From positions 54,505,885-54,569,884 of the forward strand of contig NC_090389.1 in the NCBI RefSeq assembly GCF_036365525.1: a stretch of DNA of 64,000 bases. Reading direction: 5' to 3'. The notes below the pieces were generated by a model. It was not told the DNA's origin. It ran no database searches and saw only the letters and a list, made by a program, of their open reading frames with translations. Positions 61,323 to 64,000 of this stretch are shown here, piece after piece (positions within the stretch are counted from its first letter, which is position 1; each line of letters starts with the position of its first letter). The translations under genes and the position numbers were made by a program. This DNA is from Heterodontus francisci (Eukaryota).

Positions 61323-63100
61323 GGCCAGGATTTCGCAATAGTAATTACAGTGAAACTGTCAGCATTCGCCCTCATTACTCCTCTGAAACTGACAGCAATT
61401 TCTGGAGTCCCCATGTGCAGCTAATTGCAGAAATCCAGAGTTGCTGGAAGTAATTCTATGTTTATCCACAGGGTGCGCTGTTGAAGTCTCTCCTAGTGTG
61501 CCATCTGCCCTCCCATGCGTCTTTCATGTTGCAGGTCCTCATCGTCCAAGGAGGAATCCTGTTGATGTCTCCCCTCATCATGCCAGGCCTGGCCCCTACT
61601 GGGTGCGTAGTTGTGTAGAGCAGCAAAGGAAGGAGCTGGCCTTTTCGGCCCGTCGTACAGGGCATCACCCTATCCAGACAGGCACTGGAGATGCTCTTTC
61701 AGCATGCCTCTCTCCTACTCAATGATGCCTCATGTCGCTCAGTGGCTGGCGTTATATCTCTCCTCGGCAGCAGTGGTGGAGTCTCTCACTGGTGTTGGGA
61801 GCCATGTCTGCAAAGGATAGCCCTTATCCCCAAGAAGCCACCCCTCCATCTGAGCCAGTTCAGTGAACAGTCGCGGCAGCCGGGACTGGTGCCAAGACCC
61901 AGGTGTCATGGCAGCTGTCTGAGAAGCGGTCACACATTTGCTGCAAGCATCTGCGGTGTTCACATACCAGCTTCACCTAGATTGAGAGGGCTCCTTTAAT
62001 GGTGACGTCTGCAGATGGTAGCCTGGCAGTAGGCCTGATGGCCACATGAGTGCAGTCTATGAACATTATAACCTATGGTTCTCCAGCAATGGTGCCTGAA
62101 CCAATGGCCCTCTGGGCCTGGCTGTGAGGGTCCATCCTGAAGCAGACATAACTCACTGGCCCTCCGGTGCAGGGCATTGGTGACCTCCCTGATGCAGTGG
62201 TGCACTGCTGCCTGTGTGACCACACAAAGGTCTCTGGTGGGCCCCTAAAAAGGTGCAGAGGCGTCAGGCTTGAGAACCGCTGCCACTGTAAGGAACAAAT
62301 GCATGGGATGTCCACCAGAGCCCATGGGCTGCAGGTCATCCTTGAGCAGGGCATAGAGATGTGTCACCACCTTCTCTACATGTGCAATCACCTCTGACAC
62401 TGGTGCTCTGACATTCGATGGCATGTCATGTGGGGCCTGTAGACAGAGGCCTGCTTTAGGTCGGGAAAAAGAACCCGACTGAACCACAGTGGACCCGAGC
62501 CCAACCCGACCCGAACCCACCACTACTCGACCTGAGCCCGACCCGACCATCCCTTTACTTACCATCCCACTGGGAAGCTCCACCGAGCTGCATCGCATGT
62601 GTGATGACACACACTGCGCAGACTCAGTTTCGTCCCGGACTCCCAGCTCAGGTAAGTTTTTTTAATTCCAATACTTACCAGCAGAGCACTTACTGTGTGT
62701 GTCCGGCCCGACCCGACCCAATTCAACCTGGACTCTACCCGACCCGACCCGAACCCAAAAGCTGGCCCTGGAAGATGGGCCCGACACGACACATGTCGTC
62801 GGGTCCCGTTGGGTTCGGGTCGGGTAGTAGGCCTCTACCTGTAGTTGCACGGCAAACATAATGGCGAACTCCCCTTGGGAGCTTCTGCTCACGACGGGGG
62901 GCCTCTAAGTGGATCGCACCTGCCTGTTGATATTGCCTCTGGCGCATACGGATCCTCACAAGCAGAGGATCAGACAATGTAGGATGAGCCATACCTATTT
63001 CCATGTGATAAATAAAGTTGAACCCTGCTTATATTCGAAGGTTTCTAACAGGGCAGGGATTGTTGTTGATAGGTACATCAGCTGCATTCCTGGATCAACC
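61323..63100 (-). mobile_element. Decayed PIF/Harbinger DNA transposon (DDE transposase remnants)
   Basis: [26 protein letters not shown] and VTQAAVHHCIREVTNAL; TIR-like end at about 61323; right boundary uncertain. Confidence 0.8.
62444..62837. mobile_element. hAT-type MITE inserted in Harbinger
   Basis: TIR CAGAGGCCTGCT / AGTAGGCCTCTA; 8-bp TSD CCTGTAGA / CCTGTAGT; subterminal (CCCGA)n repeats. Confidence 0.75.
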
Positions 63101-63369
63101 ATGTGGCATGCCATGGCATTGTCCATCTTGGCTAACACTCAGAGTGGCACAGCATGACCACATCAAGATCCTACCAGCTGAATCGATTGCCCCACCATCC
63201 ATATAACCTTAATGCTCCTGCCCTTTCTGGCACCGACCCCACACACAGGGTGCCTCGTGTGGCATTGCTCCCTCACAAACACAGAGCATACAATGTTAAC
63301 GGAGGGATGGTACACAGTACCTTCTTTCATGCCAGCACAGCTTTCCCACCAGTAATCCCAGACCACTTT

Positions 63370-64000
63370 CCTTTAAGAGTGCAGAGTGAGATCCCTGTAG
63401 TGACCCCCTCCCTCCTCCCTTTAGGTATGCAGAGTGAGATCCCTGTAATGACCTCCTCCCTCCTCCCTTTAGGTATGCAGAGTGAGACCCCTGTAATGAC
63501 CCCCTCCCTCCTCCCTTTAGGTATGCAGTGAGACCCCTGTAATGACCCCCTCCCTCCTCCCTTTAGGTATGCAGAGTGAGACCCCTGTAATGACCCCCTC
63601 CTTCCTCCCTTTAGGTATGCAGAGTGATATCCCTGTAATGACCCCCTCTCTTCTCCCTTTAGGTATGCAGAGTGAGACCCCTGTAATTACCCCCTCCCTC
63701 CTCCCTTTAGCTATGCAGAGTGACCCCTGTAATGACCCCCTCCCTCCTCCCTTTAGGTATGCAGAGTGACCCCTGTAATGACCCCCTCCCGCCTCCCTTT
63801 AGGTATGCAGAGTGAGACCCCTGTAATGACCCCCTCCCTCCTCCCTTTAGGTATGCAGAGTGAGATCCCTGTAATGCCCCCCTCCCTCCTCCCTTTAGGT
63901 ATGCAGAGTGAGACCCCTGTAATGACCCCCTCCCTCTAGGTATGCAGAGTGAGACCCCTGTAATGACCCCTTCCCTCCTCCCTTTAGGTATGCAGAGTGA
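63370..64000. repeat. 48-bp minisatellite, about 13 copies, running off the window
   Basis: Unit CCCCTGTAATGACCCCCTCCCTCCTCCCTTTAGGTATGCAGAGTGAGA with 2-bp deletion variants. Confidence 0.95.

Noticed and set aside
63154-63769. ORFs with a 16-aa repeat (MQSETPVMTPSLLPLG); superficial resemblance to a CRISPR array
   Set aside because: Simple tandem repeat with frameshifting units, no unique spacers and no cas genes, in a eukaryotic context.
59978-64000. Upstream ABHD6 exon with the catalytic Ser (GxSMGG)
   Set aside because: Not found; presumably right of the window.

Overview
Vertebrate genomic DNA, most likely a cartilaginous fish (shark), judged from its HE1/V-SINE-like and Deu-domain SINEs and its CR1, Penelope, Gmr1-Gypsy and Harbinger repeats. 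Two host genes lie in tandem on the minus strand and were reconstructed by hand with consistent GT-AG splice phases. One is the last four coding exons of ABHD6 (59820-59977, 40433-40487, 25428-25528, 24293-24475). The other is the first three coding exons of RPP14 (13219-13310, 13037-13127, 1778-1854) with a small CpG-rich promoter. This matches the ABHD6-RPP14 order known in human. Most of the remainder is transposable elements, often nested with readable target-site duplications (TSDs). Gene and family names come from recognition of motifs and remembered sequences, not database searches. Top observations: (1) two young CR1 LINEs whose AUG-less ORF2 overlaps ORF1 in the -1 frame exactly at a U-UUA-AAC slippery heptamer, a candidate programmed ribosomal frameshift; (2) an intact minimal hammerhead ribozyme motif from a Penelope end, sense to the ABHD6 intron; (3) a multi-layer TE nest in a Penelope element; (4) a stop-start uORF before RPP14; (5) a consensus CTCF site.
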